From IMG/VR virus record IMGVR_UViG_3300033076_001192: a stretch of 62,476 bases of DNA; one strand, written 5' to 3'. The DNA comes from an uncultured virus (IMG/VR IMGVR_UViG_3300033076_001192) (lineage: Duplodnaviria; Heunggongvirae; Uroviricota; Caudoviricetes). Positions 1 to 10,926 of the stretch are shown here, piece after piece. The position numbers were made by a program, and so were the translations under genes. Under the pieces are notes generated by a model. The model did no database searches. It was not told the origin of the DNA and saw only the letters and a list, made by a program, of their open reading frames with translations. Each line of letters opens with the position of its first letter. The first letter of the stretch is position 1.

Positions 1-2158
1 GATGTATCCTTTTTATTTCATCTAATACTTCTTTAGGCTTAGTTTTTAATAGTTCTCCAAAACTATCCCAACCCTCACTTGTTGCAGATTGTTTTTTATA
101 TAGAGCTGGGTCTTCAAATTTACTACCAATTCTGATTCCTTCTTGTGCCATAGGCACTTCTTGTCCTTCCTCTGTAGGATTAGATAAATTACCTTCCATA
201 CTCTCTTCTTGCGGAGATTGTCCTTGTAGTTGATTAGCTACTTCTTGTATAGCTTGAACTGCTTGTTGCTCTGGTAAACCCATTTGAACTAATTGCTGTA
301 CAATCTGTTCTGGTGGTAAACCTTGTTGTAACATTTGAGTAACTACTTGGAAAACTTCTTGTACAGGGGCTACCTGACCACCTTCTTGTAATAGTTGGTA
401 AGCTCTGTCTAAAGATATATTATACTTTTTAGCTAACTCTTCTATTCTACCTCCTTCCTGATACAAAGAAGCTACCCTATTATTATTCATATCTAAACCT
501 TCTTTACCTTGCTGTTGTGTAGATAACATTTTTTGGTAAGATGAGGAAGGTAAAACTATATTGTTAAATGCATCATTGGTAATAAATTCTCTATCTGTAT
601 TAACATCGAATCCTTGTTCTGTTGGGTCTTTATAGTATAAATAATAACCGCTTCCAAGTTTTTCGTTTCTAACCCCTGATTGTACTTTTAAAAGTGGTTT
701 TAATACAGATTGTGAAGGACTAGGTATAACATCAGAAGGTCTATAATTTTTTGATTCTGTACCTGGTACTCTTTTGTTTATGTTTCCACCCCTGTTTATA
801 AATTCCTGATACTTATCTGTTGCTTTATATTTATCTAAACCTTCTTGAGTAACAAATTCTCTAGTTCCGTCAGAATTATAAATATAGTATCCTTTTCCTA
901 ATTTATCATTTGTTACACCTGATTGTATGTAATCGGCAACTTTATAATTAGAATTTATCTTACCTCCTTCTTGCATTACAGGGTTTCCGTTTTTATCTAA
1001 TACCTGAGTACCATCTCCTTTTTTAGGTATACTTTCTTGTATTTTAAATAAATGTTCAAAAAGTTTATTAGATGCAACTTCTAATTCTTTAAGTTTTTCT
1101 TCTGATTCTTTTATCTCATCATTTAAAAGATTCTCATTTAGTCTTTTTGTAGTAGCATCTTTTATTTTTTCTACATCTCCTAACTTTTTTATATATTTGG
1201 ATTGCTCTTCAATAATCTCAGTTTTACCTATTTTTTTCTCGTACTTTTCCATCACTTTAGCAAAAGTATCTTCTTTTTTTACAGATAGTTTATACTTCTC
1301 TTTTAATTCTTTTGCTGTTTTTGCTCCAATTTTTGTATAATTCGATAAAACTTCTGCATCTGTTAGATTTACTTCTACTCCTCCATCTTTATGAGTATCT
1401 CCTATAACTTTTTTTACTTCTGCTGTATTATTATCTTTTACATATTCATTTCCTTCTAACTCTACATTACCTTGTCCTTCGTCTACTATAAACTTACCAG
1501 TTAAATAATCTGCTTTCGATATAGTTCCTCCTTCTTGCGCCATTATAGGTCTAGGATTATTATCATAAAGAGCGTTACGCATATTATCGTACACTTTTTG
1601 GTTTTCTCTTTCTGTGGATAAACCTGATAAGAAACTTCTAGCTCCTCCTAATAAAACTTTACCAGCTCCTGCCACTCCTCTTAAAGCATTCCAACCTTTC
1701 TCATCTCCTTTATAACCAAAAGATTGACCTAAAGAATAAAGAGCTTGTTCTGTTGATACTCCTGAGAAAGGGTTAAATATATTATAATTAATATTATCAT
1801 TATATTTCACATTGTTATTTTCAGGATAATCAGAAGCCTCATTAGCAAAACTGTTATTTATATTAGTTCCGTAATTGGTAAGCATAGTGTTTTGTAAACT
1901 TCTTAATCTATCTTCTTCCGAAGGTGTGTAAAGACTGTTAAAATCTATATTAGTGGAAAAAGATAAATCTTTGTTTTTTGATTGTTGCGCAAACATTGGT
2001 GGATTATTATCATACCAACTTCCTCCTTGTTGCATTTTTTTATGCTCTTTTTCATACATAGAATAAGCTATTGCTATATTCTGTGCATGACTTCTACCTT
2101 TATTTTCTTTTTCTAATAATCTTATTTTTGCGGAAATCCACTCTTGTTTAGTTGTCAT
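1..2158 (-). CDS. Virion core/cargo-like protein with repeated xQEGG motifs (partial, runs off left edge)
   Basis: Not in the ORF track. Manual translation from ATG at 2158 gives MTTKQEWISAKIRLLEKENKGRSHAQNIAIAYSMYE...; frame confirmed at MQEGG (974) and MAQEG (149). Q/E-rich and downstream of the muzzle gene, as for crassvirus cargo genes. Confidence 0.7.
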   Translation of the reverse strand, partial: MTTKQEWISAKIRLLEKENKGRSHAQNIAIAYSMYEKEHKKMQQGGSWYDNNPPMFAQQSKNKDLSFSTNIDFNSLYTPSEEDRLRSLQNTMLTNYGTNINNSFANEASDYPENNNVKYNDNINYNIFNPFSGVSTEQALYSLGQSFGYKGDEKGWNALRGVAGAGKVLLGGARSFLSGLSTERENQKVYDNMRNALYDNNPRPIMAQEGGTISKADYLTGKFIVDEGQGNVELEGNEYVKDNNTAEVKKVIGDTHKDGGVEVNLTDAEVLSNYTKIGAKTAKELKEKYKLSVKKEDTFAKVMEKYEKKIGKTEIIEEQSKYIKKLGDVEKIKDATTKRLNENLLNDEIKESEEKLKELEVASNKLFEHLFKIQESIPKKGDGTQVLDKNGNPVMQEGGKINSNYKVADYIQSGVTNDKLGKGYYIYNSDGTREFVTQEGLDKYKATDKYQEFINRGGNINKRVPGTESKNYRPSDVIPSPSQSVLKPLLKVQSGVRNEKLGSGYYLYYKDPTEQGFDVNTDREFITNDAFNNIVLPSSSYQKMLSTQQQGKEGLDMNNNRVASLYQEGGRIEELAKKYNISLDRAYQLLQEGGQVAPVQEVFQVVTQMLQQGLPPEQIVQQLVQMGLPEQQAVQAIQEVANQLQGQSPQEESMEGNLSNPTEEGQEVPMAQEGIRIGSKFEDPALYKKQSATSEGWDSFGELLKTKPKEVLDEIKRIH

Positions 2159-3122
2159 AATATGGTATTTCTATTACATTTTTTGTATTTTTAAAAAAGT
2201 ATTCTAAATCTGGCATCATAATCTTTTTTTCTCCTGTCTCTTTAGATATACCTAAAATAGGTTTTTTAATATTTTTCATAGTAATACGTGGACTACTAAT
2301 TTGAGTTATTTTTCCAGGGTGGTTATACTGACCTTTGTTATCTTTTATAGATATTTCACTAAGAAAATCTAGTTCATTTTTTAAAAATTTTCCACCTTCT
2401 TGCATTACAGGTGTATCTACAAATTGGCTTACTGAATTAAATGTACCTAAAACATCTGTTTGAGGTAAAACGCTTTGTTGTTCTTCTTGTGTTTGTTGTG
2501 GTAATTCTTCTTGCTGTGAATAAATATCTTTTAAAAAATTATATTCATTTGTTTTTTGTTTCACTTCTTGAATATCTTCGTCCACTTTTTCTTCTTTGTA
2601 AACATCAGGAACAGATGCAAAGGTATTATTTGTTTTAGGAATTTCAAAATCTATAAAATCGTTTGTAACTGTTTTATTAGAATGTGTGTTAGATAAACTA
2701 TACACTTTATCTCTTCTGTCTTTAGCATCTTTCCATTTTTTTGCAGGTATTTCATACATATCAGATATTACTCTTCCTGCATCATCTAAGTTTTTAGCAG
2801 ATTTTAAAGCTTCTCCTGCATTTTTATGTGTGTTTCTAAGTTCCCAATCTACAAATTCTAATTGATTGTTGAAATCTTTCCACTGATTTCCGTACTTTTC
2901 TTTTATCCTCCTAAGTCTGTCTCCTCTCCATTGAGCTAATCCGAAACTAGAACCTCCTTTATAACCTATGTCTCCTTCAGCAGATGTTTGTAAGCCACTT
3001 TCATGTAATAAATTACCTACAATACCTCTAGCTTGATGAGGAAGCCATCCCCTAGATTCATAAAAGGAGATGGCTTGTTGTTCTCTTTGTTTTCTTAATT
3101 TTTCATCTTTTATCGTAGCCAT
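2148..3122 (-). CDS. Virion-associated lysozyme (phage tail lysozyme-like N-terminal domain)
   Basis: GIVGNLLHESGL and GLAQWRGDRL motifs typical of the Phage_lysozyme2-type muramidase; Q-rich linker and MQEGG motif. Confidence 0.75.
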   Translation of the reverse strand: MATIKDEKLRKQREQQAISFYESRGWLPHQARGIVGNLLHESGLQTSAEGDIGYKGGSSFGLAQWRGDRLRRIKEKYGNQWKDFNNQLEFVDWELRNTHKNAGEALKSAKNLDDAGRVISDMYEIPAKKWKDAKDRRDKVYSLSNTHSNKTVTNDFIDFEIPKTNNTFASVPDVYKEEKVDEDIQEVKQKTNEYNFLKDIYSQQEELPQQTQEEQQSVLPQTDVLGTFNSVSQFVDTPVMQEGGKFLKNELDFLSEISIKDNKGQYNHPGKITQISSPRITMKNIKKPILGISKETGEKKIMMPDLEYFFKNTKNVIEIPYYDN

Positions 3123-6100
3123 TATTCAAAAACTGTTTCATCATTTGTTGTTGATTTTAATATAATATTAAATCTACTTTCTTTATCATTTGTCAATCCT
3201 ACAGTAAAACTCTCTCCTGTGAGTCTTTCTAAAACTCTCTTTCCTGTAAATTTTATATTATTAAAATTTAAATTTTTAAATATTTTATTTTCATCCCAAA
3301 GTAAGTTTGGAGTATTACTGTCTTGATTTACAACTCTGTTATAGAAATAATTAATATTTTGTTTTCCGTCTACAGGAGTATACAATATATCTTGACTTTG
3401 TGCATTAGTTTTAGGATAATTTTTTAAATCTTTTAAAGATTTTTGCTCGTTTAGATTTAAAATCCCACTATGTTGATTGTTTGTCCATATAGATAGTTTA
3501 TTAAATCCTATACCTTTCCATTGATTAAAATCCCATTGATTTTGAAATCTCTTAGATTCTATATTTAAAGATAAAGAGTTTAATTGTTTATTTATGTTTT
3601 GGTTTTGTATAGGAAACTCAATAGTAAATGGATTAAGTATTCCTTGAAAAACTTGAAAACTTGTGTTGTTTAAAGGATGTGTCCATAGAGTCCCTTTATC
3701 TGTTCCCCAATTATATCCTACTTGAAAATAGTTATTATAGAAAGGAGAATAATCTGGATAAAATGAAAAATAACTTGTCCAAGAACCTTCTTGTGGTTTA
3801 TAAGAAATTGTCCAACTCACATCTTTGAATAATGTCTTATTATCGAAAAATACTTCTGACTCATTATAGTATAATTTTTTTGTCAAACTATCAAAAGTAA
3901 AATCTTCTTTATTAATACCACTATTTAAAACATAGTCTCTTTTTGTAAAGAATACTCTGTTTCTTCTATCATCATACCATATATTAAAACCTATACCTTT
4001 ATATTTATTATCTACATCTATTTCTGGAAGATGTTTTAATATCTTCATAGGTAAATGTTCTCTAAACCATTGTTTTATATTAACTGGTTTACCTTGTATT
4101 GATTCTGAAATTATCTCTACTTGTTTTCCATTTTGGTCTACTTGAAAAATTTTACCTCTCTTAGCATCTACCCAAAAATGACCAAATGGTGTTGAACAAA
4201 TATCAGAATGTTGTGTTCCCATGTAACCTAAATCTGTTACTTTGAATTCTAAAGGTCTTTGTGCAAAAATTCCTGCTGTTCCTAATTCCTTATTTTGAGG
4301 AGTTATTCTTTCAGCCAAAGAATCAATAGCATTATGCAACACAAGTTGATTTTCAAATCTAGCCAAAAATTGCGCACTTTCAATATCTTTTAAATCGATT
4401 AATTTACCAAATTTATTTCCAAACTCATAAAAGTTTAAAGGTTTGTAAACTCTCCAAGGGTCTGTTAGACTATTATTGTTATTATCCATTTCAGAATAAA
4501 TAACTAAATTATCTTGTTTTAATCTTTTTTTCCAGACTTCTTTACTATAAGAATTATCTAAAAACTTGTATGGGGTGTTAGATACAGGAAAAGAGTAAAC
4601 ATTGTTGTAATAAAAAGAATTCGGTTCTTTTATACTTAGGTTTTTCTCTTGTGTCCATGAAACTACATCCCCCACTTGAGGGTAGAAATTATCTTTTAAT
4701 TCTTTTTTTGCGTATCTAAAATTACAATTTATTTCACTTTCTACTAAAAAATCTGTTATACCATAATAGTATAAATACATCTTAGCGTTAGGTTTAACAT
4801 AGAAAGTAGAGCTATTATTTTTACAATCAAAGTTATATGTGCTATCAATGTCTGGAAATGGTATTAATAGTCCATTGTAATCTGTATCTACTTTATAATC
4901 ACAGTAAAATCTAGGATACCCTACGTTATTATATGGGGAATAGTTGAATGGAAGTTTATCTGCCAATCCCATAGCAGTGGTTGAAAAAATAGGTATTTTT
5001 CTTTTCCATGTAAATCGAGATATCACAACAGTTCCTCCTAAAATAGAATTACAAGATGGATAGTCATTTACTTTAAAAATATGATTTGTAGTCAACCATT
5101 TTATAGAATCTATTGTGCCCCATTGGTCAGGTATATAATTTTTTAAAGTCATGTAAGGACTACCCACATTTCTTTGTGTTTCAAAATTTAATAAGCATCC
5201 GTTTTGACTAGCTATTGTTTTACTACCATTAGATGAAGATATTAAATTATTATCATAATTTCTATATTGATTATCATAATTAAAATAATAATTTCCTAAA
5301 GAAATAAATGTAGAATACTCTCTTAAAGTATTATTAATAAATAGTTTTTGACCATTATTTTCATCTCGTACTTGGTAACTACCATCTTTTAAATATTTTT
5401 TTGTAGATATACCTCTTATATATTCTTTAGTGTCTGTATTAGGTAAAAAATAGTTATGTTTTCCTACAGATATTCCATAGTTGGCAAAATTATATGATGA
5501 ACCTAAATTTTCAAATATTTTTAACCATTCATATCTGTATTGACCTATTTTCATAAATCCTTGAGTAGCAGTTGCTGCAATATAAACCGCTATAGCTCCT
5601 GCTGAAACAGCTACTCCTGGAGCACTAGAACCTGAAGAAGTTCCAACAGTAATCCATAAATTACCTGTACCTCCTTGTGTTATGAATTCTGCTGTTTTTA
5701 TTGTTACTTCTAGCCCAAATTCAGCTAAAGCTAAAGTTGTTGCTAGATTTCTAGCTTTTCTTCCAAGTATAGTCCATTTTGGATGGTCTTCTACTTCTAC
5801 AAATTTGGTTATAGAATTACCTAACTGATACCCAGATAATATAACCTCATTCGGTATTGTAGGTTTTGTTAATAATAAATCTGGTGAAATAAAAGAAAAA
5901 TAGTTATTTTTTTTAGAACCGTAAGGGTGTGTTATCAAACTTGTTCTTGACGAGTCTGTACAATGTAATACATCTGCACCTAAGTCGTTGTGTGGATAGT
6001 TTGAATATAAGTATTTGTTACCTTTGTTAAAATATTGATACATATCATAACCTAATCCACTAGCTATTATACTTTTATGTACAGTATTGTCTCCTCTTAA

Positions 6101-9100
6101 TATTTCAAAAGACTCTATATTATCATATTGCTCTTGTGTTATTAAATTATTAGATAGAGAAATATTAAGGATAGTTTCAATTGTACCTTCTTCTACAGTA
6201 ACCCCTAATGGGTATATTAAAGCTTTACTATAAGACGGTAAAGCTTTATCTGACATAAATGGTGCTATTGATTGACTAGGAAATTTAGGATGTCTAATAT
6301 TTGCACAAGTTAAATCTGTATTTTGTTTTAAAATATAATTTCCATTTAAATCTAAAGAAGCTTCTTCTGTAAAATAGTCTTCAAAATCAGATTTTAAATC
6401 ATTAGATAGCAATGCTAAATCGGAAGGTTTAATATTTAAATTGCTACTATCGTATAATTCCTTATTATTAGGATAAGTTTCAGTACTCTCCCAATATGCA
6501 AATTTTCCTTTTTTATAAGGAACTGGTTCACAGTCTTTTACTTTTGGTTGTTCAAATAAACAAGAGGCTGTGTAATCTATTCTTTTTTGAAGTCTTATCT
6601 CATCCCATGTTACCTCTGCTTTACCAAATTCTATATCTCTTTTAGATACTGTAAATGCACCAGTTGTTGGAGATATTATCCATCTATTTTGAGAGACAGG
6701 TGCAGAACATAGTCCATTTATAACGGGAATATTTATAACAGAAATTGGGCAATCTAACGCAATTAAGTATCTTTTACTAGAAGACCAACCTCCAGTAATA
6801 GTTACAGAAGTCCCTGCTGAATTAGTAATCTTTAAATCTACTAAACCTGATTTTTCAAATAAAAATATTCCCCCTACATTTAAATCAATCAGATTAGAAT
6901 ATATGTGAGTAGTATCTGAACATTTCTTAAAAAGTGTAAATCTTATATAACTTCCTGTAGATATAAAATCTAAACCTGGTGCATCTTTTTGTTTTGATAC
7001 ATCGATAATAAATCTCTCTTTTCCTTCTGTGTTTTGCTCAAACCATAAAGCAGTTTTATTTATCTTATCAAAAAAATAAGTATTTGGATGTATAGGATTA
7101 GGATGTAAATAATAATCAGAGGTTTTTGCCGTTAATAGTATAGGATTTACTGAAACTACAGGGTCATCTGCTGCTATGTCCGCAGCCCAAGCATAATTAT
7201 GGAAAAACGACTGTCCATTATTTTCCGATACGTTGTTATTATAATATATTTCTTCTGCAAAATCACAATCTTGGTTTGAAAATTCTGAATCTCTTATATA
7301 AACTGGTTGTGCTATATTTACAGAATCGGGTTCTGGACAAGTAAATCCTAATGGTGTGGCAGGGTCTTGTAAAAAACCTCCTGTACTATAATCAAGAGCA
7401 TATATAAAAGCATATTTAGGAGCAGGGATTTTTTTATATTCTGTTGGGAATATTTTTTCAATATATTCCACTTGCTCATTGACAACTTCATCTACTTCTA
7501 TTGTTTCAGAATCTACTATATAACTATCACAATTATCTGGAAACAATCTATAAACATCTCCTTCTAAATCACCACTTAACGTTGAAGTTGTAACTAAAGG
7601 AAATGCACCTGTAAATTCTATTTTATTTGCATTTGCTGTTACTGTAGCTCCAGTTTCTGATAGTATTTCTGCGCTATTAGCTGTTATAAAATCTGAAACT
7701 GTTGTTGTTAAATTTGTATTAAAAGCTAAAGTATATTCTAGATTAGCTATTTTTATTAATAAAGTACCACTAGTTCCTGATAATGTTATAGACAATAGTT
7801 CACAAGATATTGCGGAATAATCATCATATAAATATTCACAAATATCTACTGTAGAATTTAGGTAAGCTTGTGAACATTCTATTTGTGTATCTGCTTTTGT
7901 GTCGTTTATATACTCCTCTAATGTAGTGAAAGGTTCATCTAACTCTATAGTAAGAGTACCTGTAGGGATAATACTTACATTTTCAACAATACATGTTCTA
8001 TTTAAATCTTCCTCTACAGTTATAGTATCCGATGTTGAAGTACATGGAATATCCTCTACAGTTGCTGTATTGAATATTTGCCAATATTTATTTCTGTCAT
8101 TTTGTGCACAATTTGGAGTATTCTCATCTAAAGATAAAAAATTCTTATCTGTTAAAGACACTGTTTGCAATTCCTCTGGATATCCTGGTCTTCCAACAAT
8201 TGGGAATAAAGGGGAGTATCCTCCATTTTTAAATAAGAATCTAAAAGAAAAAGGTTGTACTTCTTCTCTATTGAAACCTTTATATTTAGAGGTAGCTATA
8301 GAATCATTGTATAAATCCTCTTTTGCTAGTGAAGTTTGCCATTTTAAGCCTACTGCTCCTATAAGATTTACAACAGGTTGTAAATTTATCTCTTCTTCTT
8401 GCTCTCCCCCAAAATGCCAAAGTCTGTCTCCGCTAGACATAGTACCTTTAAACTTTTTATAGTTGTTTTTTACTGCAAAAAGTTTTTCTATCTCTATTCT
8501 TTTTAATAATTTGACATTGCCTCTAGTAATATAAACATCATCACTAGAACTTCCCGAATGGGTATAAACTATAGTATCATCTGTAGTTGGGTGTATCCCT
8601 TCTACAAAAGCACTTTGAGTATTATCAACATTATTTCTTTCTACACAAACTACTTTATAATAACTAAATTTTTTAAAATCTAAATTATTTACTTTTAATT
8701 TTATTGAATAATTAGTAAATGTATCTAAATCTGTTTGTGATAATATATTATTATTTTCATCAAAAATACTTATAGGATTTGTAGGAGTAGAATACTCTGT
8801 CATTTCATTTCCTAAAGAATCACAGTATGCTACATAAAATTCATAAGTTCCTAACTTTAAATTACCTCCAGTTTGTAAAACATCTGCTTCTATTATTAAT
8901 CTACTGTGATTTGGATTAAGTAATAATTTATCTACTATGATACAATTGACAATAGTATCATCAGCACAAGGTTGTTCTTGTGTAATTAAATAGTGAGAGT
9001 TAGGGTTTTCTTCAACATCTGTAAGATTTAATAATCTTGGTGGGTTATTATAATCATTCCAATAAATAAAAGTTCCTAATTTTTCTTGCTTTAATTCTGA

Positions 9101-9601
9101 TTTTTTTATAGGAAAATTTATATCAAAGTTTAAACCTTTACCTACATCATGGCAAATATCATTTATAAGTTCTGTATATACTAAATAAGGTTCTTGTTCC
9201 GTGTTTTCTAAAGCATCTCCTAAAATATTAAAACTTTTACTACAGTTATCACAATCTTGTCTTACATCTAAATTTAAGGAGTCTTCTATGGAGGCTTTTA
9301 TATATCCAATAGAACTTTTTTTAGTTGTAGGATTAGTTAGAAAAAGGTAAGTTCTTTCCTTAAGTATATCTAATTTATGATGTATTACTTTATAACCTGT
9401 AGGTAAGACTACAGCTAAAAAATTAGAAGGTTCATTTTGTATATTAATACCCTCTCCTGTTTCATTAGAAGTATCTCCGTTTAAAAGAAAAATATATTCA
9501 ATATTAGATAATTGAGATATATGAACATCTCTGTTCATCCCTGTTTTTATAGCCGATACAGATTTATTATTTTTCAAAATTTTATAATTGAGGTAATTCA
9601 A
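3122..9601 (-). CDS. Tail muzzle/stabilization protein (crassvirus muzzle-like), 2159 aa
   Basis: N-terminal GMNRD and YWNDYNNPPR; C-terminal beta-propeller-like segments (FWVDAKRGKIF, SWTISY...WTSYFSFYPD); position after ring proteins. Confidence 0.7.
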   Translation of the reverse strand: MNYLNYKILKNNKSVSAIKTGMNRDVHISQLSNIEYIFLLNGDTSNETGEGINIQNEPSNFLAVVLPTGYKVIHHKLDILKERTYLFLTNPTTKKSSIGYIKASIEDSLNLDVRQDCDNCSKSFNILGDALENTEQEPYLVYTELINDICHDVGKGLNFDINFPIKKSELKQEKLGTFIYWNDYNNPPRLLNLTDVEENPNSHYLITQEQPCADDTIVNCIIVDKLLLNPNHSRLIIEADVLQTGGNLKLGTYEFYVAYCDSLGNEMTEYSTPTNPISIFDENNNILSQTDLDTFTNYSIKLKVNNLDFKKFSYYKVVCVERNNVDNTQSAFVEGIHPTTDDTIVYTHSGSSSDDVYITRGNVKLLKRIEIEKLFAVKNNYKKFKGTMSSGDRLWHFGGEQEEEINLQPVVNLIGAVGLKWQTSLAKEDLYNDSIATSKYKGFNREEVQPFSFRFLFKNGGYSPLFPIVGRPGYPEELQTVSLTDKNFLSLDENTPNCAQNDRNKYWQIFNTATVEDIPCTSTSDTITVEEDLNRTCIVENVSIIPTGTLTIELDEPFTTLEEYINDTKADTQIECSQAYLNSTVDICEYLYDDYSAISCELLSITLSGTSGTLLIKIANLEYTLAFNTNLTTTVSDFITANSAEILSETGATVTANANKIEFTGAFPLVTTSTLSGDLEGDVYRLFPDNCDSYIVDSETIEVDEVVNEQVEYIEKIFPTEYKKIPAPKYAFIYALDYSTGGFLQDPATPLGFTCPEPDSVNIAQPVYIRDSEFSNQDCDFAEEIYYNNNVSENNGQSFFHNYAWAADIAADDPVVSVNPILLTAKTSDYYLHPNPIHPNTYFFDKINKTALWFEQNTEGKERFIIDVSKQKDAPGLDFISTGSYIRFTLFKKCSDTTHIYSNLIDLNVGGIFLFEKSGLVDLKITNSAGTSVTITGGWSSSKRYLIALDCPISVINIPVINGLCSAPVSQNRWIISPTTGAFTVSKRDIEFGKAEVTWDEIRLQKRIDYTASCLFEQPKVKDCEPVPYKKGKFAYWESTETYPNNKELYDSSNLNIKPSDLALLSNDLKSDFEDYFTEEASLDLNGNYILKQNTDLTCANIRHPKFPSQSIAPFMSDKALPSYSKALIYPLGVTVEEGTIETILNISLSNNLITQEQYDNIESFEILRGDNTVHKSIIASGLGYDMYQYFNKGNKYLYSNYPHNDLGADVLHCTDSSRTSLITHPYGSKKNNYFSFISPDLLLTKPTIPNEVILSGYQLGNSITKFVEVEDHPKWTILGRKARNLATTLALAEFGLEVTIKTAEFITQGGTGNLWITVGTSSGSSAPGVAVSAGAIAVYIAATATQGFMKIGQYRYEWLKIFENLGSSYNFANYGISVGKHNYFLPNTDTKEYIRGISTKKYLKDGSYQVRDENNGQKLFINNTLREYSTFISLGNYYFNYDNQYRNYDNNLISSSNGSKTIASQNGCLLNFETQRNVGSPYMTLKNYIPDQWGTIDSIKWLTTNHIFKVNDYPSCNSILGGTVVISRFTWKRKIPIFSTTAMGLADKLPFNYSPYNNVGYPRFYCDYKVDTDYNGLLIPFPDIDSTYNFDCKNNSSTFYVKPNAKMYLYYYGITDFLVESEINCNFRYAKKELKDNFYPQVGDVVSWTQEKNLSIKEPNSFYYNNVYSFPVSNTPYKFLDNSYSKEVWKKRLKQDNLVIYSEMDNNNNSLTDPWRVYKPLNFYEFGNKFGKLIDLKDIESAQFLARFENQLVLHNAIDSLAERITPQNKELGTAGIFAQRPLEFKVTDLGYMGTQHSDICSTPFGHFWVDAKRGKIFQVDQNGKQVEIISESIQGKPVNIKQWFREHLPMKILKHLPEIDVDNKYKGIGFNIWYDDRRNRVFFTKRDYVLNSGINKEDFTFDSLTKKLYYNESEVFFDNKTLFKDVSWTISYKPQEGSWTSYFSFYPDYSPFYNNYFQVGYNWGTDKGTLWTHPLNNTSFQVFQGILNPFTIEFPIQNQNINKQLNSLSLNIESKRFQNQWDFNQWKGIGFNKLSIWTNNQHSGILNLNEQKSLKDLKNYPKTNAQSQDILYTPVDGKQNINYFYNRVVNQDSNTPNLLWDENKIFKNLNFNNIKFTGKRVLERLTGESFTVGLTNDKESRFNIILKSTTNDETVFE

Positions 9602-10445
9602 AAATAGCGATATCTCTTCTATTAAGTGTTTTAAACTTTCTTGTCCAATCTTTAGAAAGTCCTTTAAATCTACATTCTGTTAAAGCTGCATGTTTTAATT
9701 GTGGTAATTCAGATTTCCATGCAACAAAAAGTTGAGATAGTGCTTGTGGATTTTTATTATTTAATATTAAGTTTTCTGCAATTTTACATTTTACATATCC
9801 TTCTACATACTGTACTAAATCTCCTGTAGTTATTTCTGGTATAATTATTTCTCCTTCTTCATCAGATGGTAGTGAATTATATTGGATATAAATTTGACCT
9901 TGCTTAAAATTAGTTTGGATAGTTCTTCCTGTTATGGAAATTTCATGGGGATAACTGTTTCGTATAGAGGGATGTAAATTTTTACAATCTGAAGATAGAG
10001 AATCTTTATTTATTCCTTTAACTAAAGATAACCACTCTGGTGTATAATAAAATTCAGCAGGTTCTGCATTTAAAAATATTTTTTCCGTAACTATCTTACT
10101 ATTGCAATTAGTGTCATATTCAAAAGTTACTGTATTAAATACTGCCTCTTGTTCGATTCTTTGTTTATATATGTAAGAATCCATTGCTTTCTCTACGTTA
10201 CCTTTTATATTAAAACCTTCTGGATTTAATTTTAAAGCTAATTTTAAAGATTTAAAATTTTCAGGTAATAAAGATTGAGAATTTTTTACTTCGCATATTC
10301 TCTCTCTTACATCACAAATATTAACTCCCATCTGTCTTAAACATAGAATAACCCATGTTTTTATAGATATCCTATCTAAATCTCCTGTATCAGAATAATT
10401 AGCAAATGTTGTTTCTATCTCAGCTATAAATTCGTCTAAAGTCAT
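9582..10445 (-). CDS. Tail ring/adaptor protein
   Basis: Crassvirus ring-like C-terminus (IQTNFKQGQIYIQYNSLPSDEEGEIIIPE); synteny. Confidence 0.55.
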   Translation of the reverse strand: MTLDEFIAEIETTFANYSDTGDLDRISIKTWVILCLRQMGVNICDVRERICEVKNSQSLLPENFKSLKLALKLNPEGFNIKGNVEKAMDSYIYKQRIEQEAVFNTVTFEYDTNCNSKIVTEKIFLNAEPAEFYYTPEWLSLVKGINKDSLSSDCKNLHPSIRNSYPHEISITGRTIQTNFKQGQIYIQYNSLPSDEEGEIIIPEITTGDLVQYVEGYVKCKIAENLILNNKNPQALSQLFVAWKSELPQLKHAALTECRFKGLSKDWTRKFKTLNRRDIAIFELPQL

Positions 10446-10446
10446 A

Positions 10447-10926
10447 TTAATATTTATAAGGTCTTTTTAAATTCTTACTTATTCTTACAGATATTGTTTC
10501 CATTTCGTAAAAACTTCTGATGGCTTTTATGTGATTTTTATACTCTATATTTTTTTTATGCATATCACACATAAGCTTAGGAGAATATTGCCACCCATCA
10601 AATTTTTCATCTAAAGAAATATAGAAGAAATAATTTTTATATTTTACAGTTTTTTCAAAAAAACTTTTTGTTTTCTTTCTCTTTTTTCGTTCATTTTTTG
10701 ATTGTACATAACGAAAATAACCTAGTTTTTTTATATGTACTCCTCCTTCTACTTCGGAAGCTTTTCTTCTTATAACTGACAAAAGCCCAGATACTGCCTT
10801 TTTGAAAAGGTTGTAATCATTAATACCTTTACATACTTTAGTTCTGTGCTCTCTGTAATACTCGTAAAACTCTCTACATATAAGTTTTTCTGCTTTTATA
10901 ATTCTCTTATGTTCCTGCGACGTCAT
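10447..10926 (-). CDS. Basic IHF/HU-like protein
   Basis: Lys-rich; GVHIKKLGYF resembles the HU/IHF beta-arm; same slot in crassvirus structural modules. Confidence 0.4.
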   Translation of the reverse strand: MTSQEHKRIIKAEKLICREFYEYYREHRTKVCKGINDYNLFKKAVSGLLSVIRRKASEVEGGVHIKKLGYFRYVQSKNERKKRKKTKSFFEKTVKYKNYFFYISLDEKFDGWQYSPKLMCDMHKKNIEYKNHIKAIRSFYEMETISVRISKNLKRPYKY

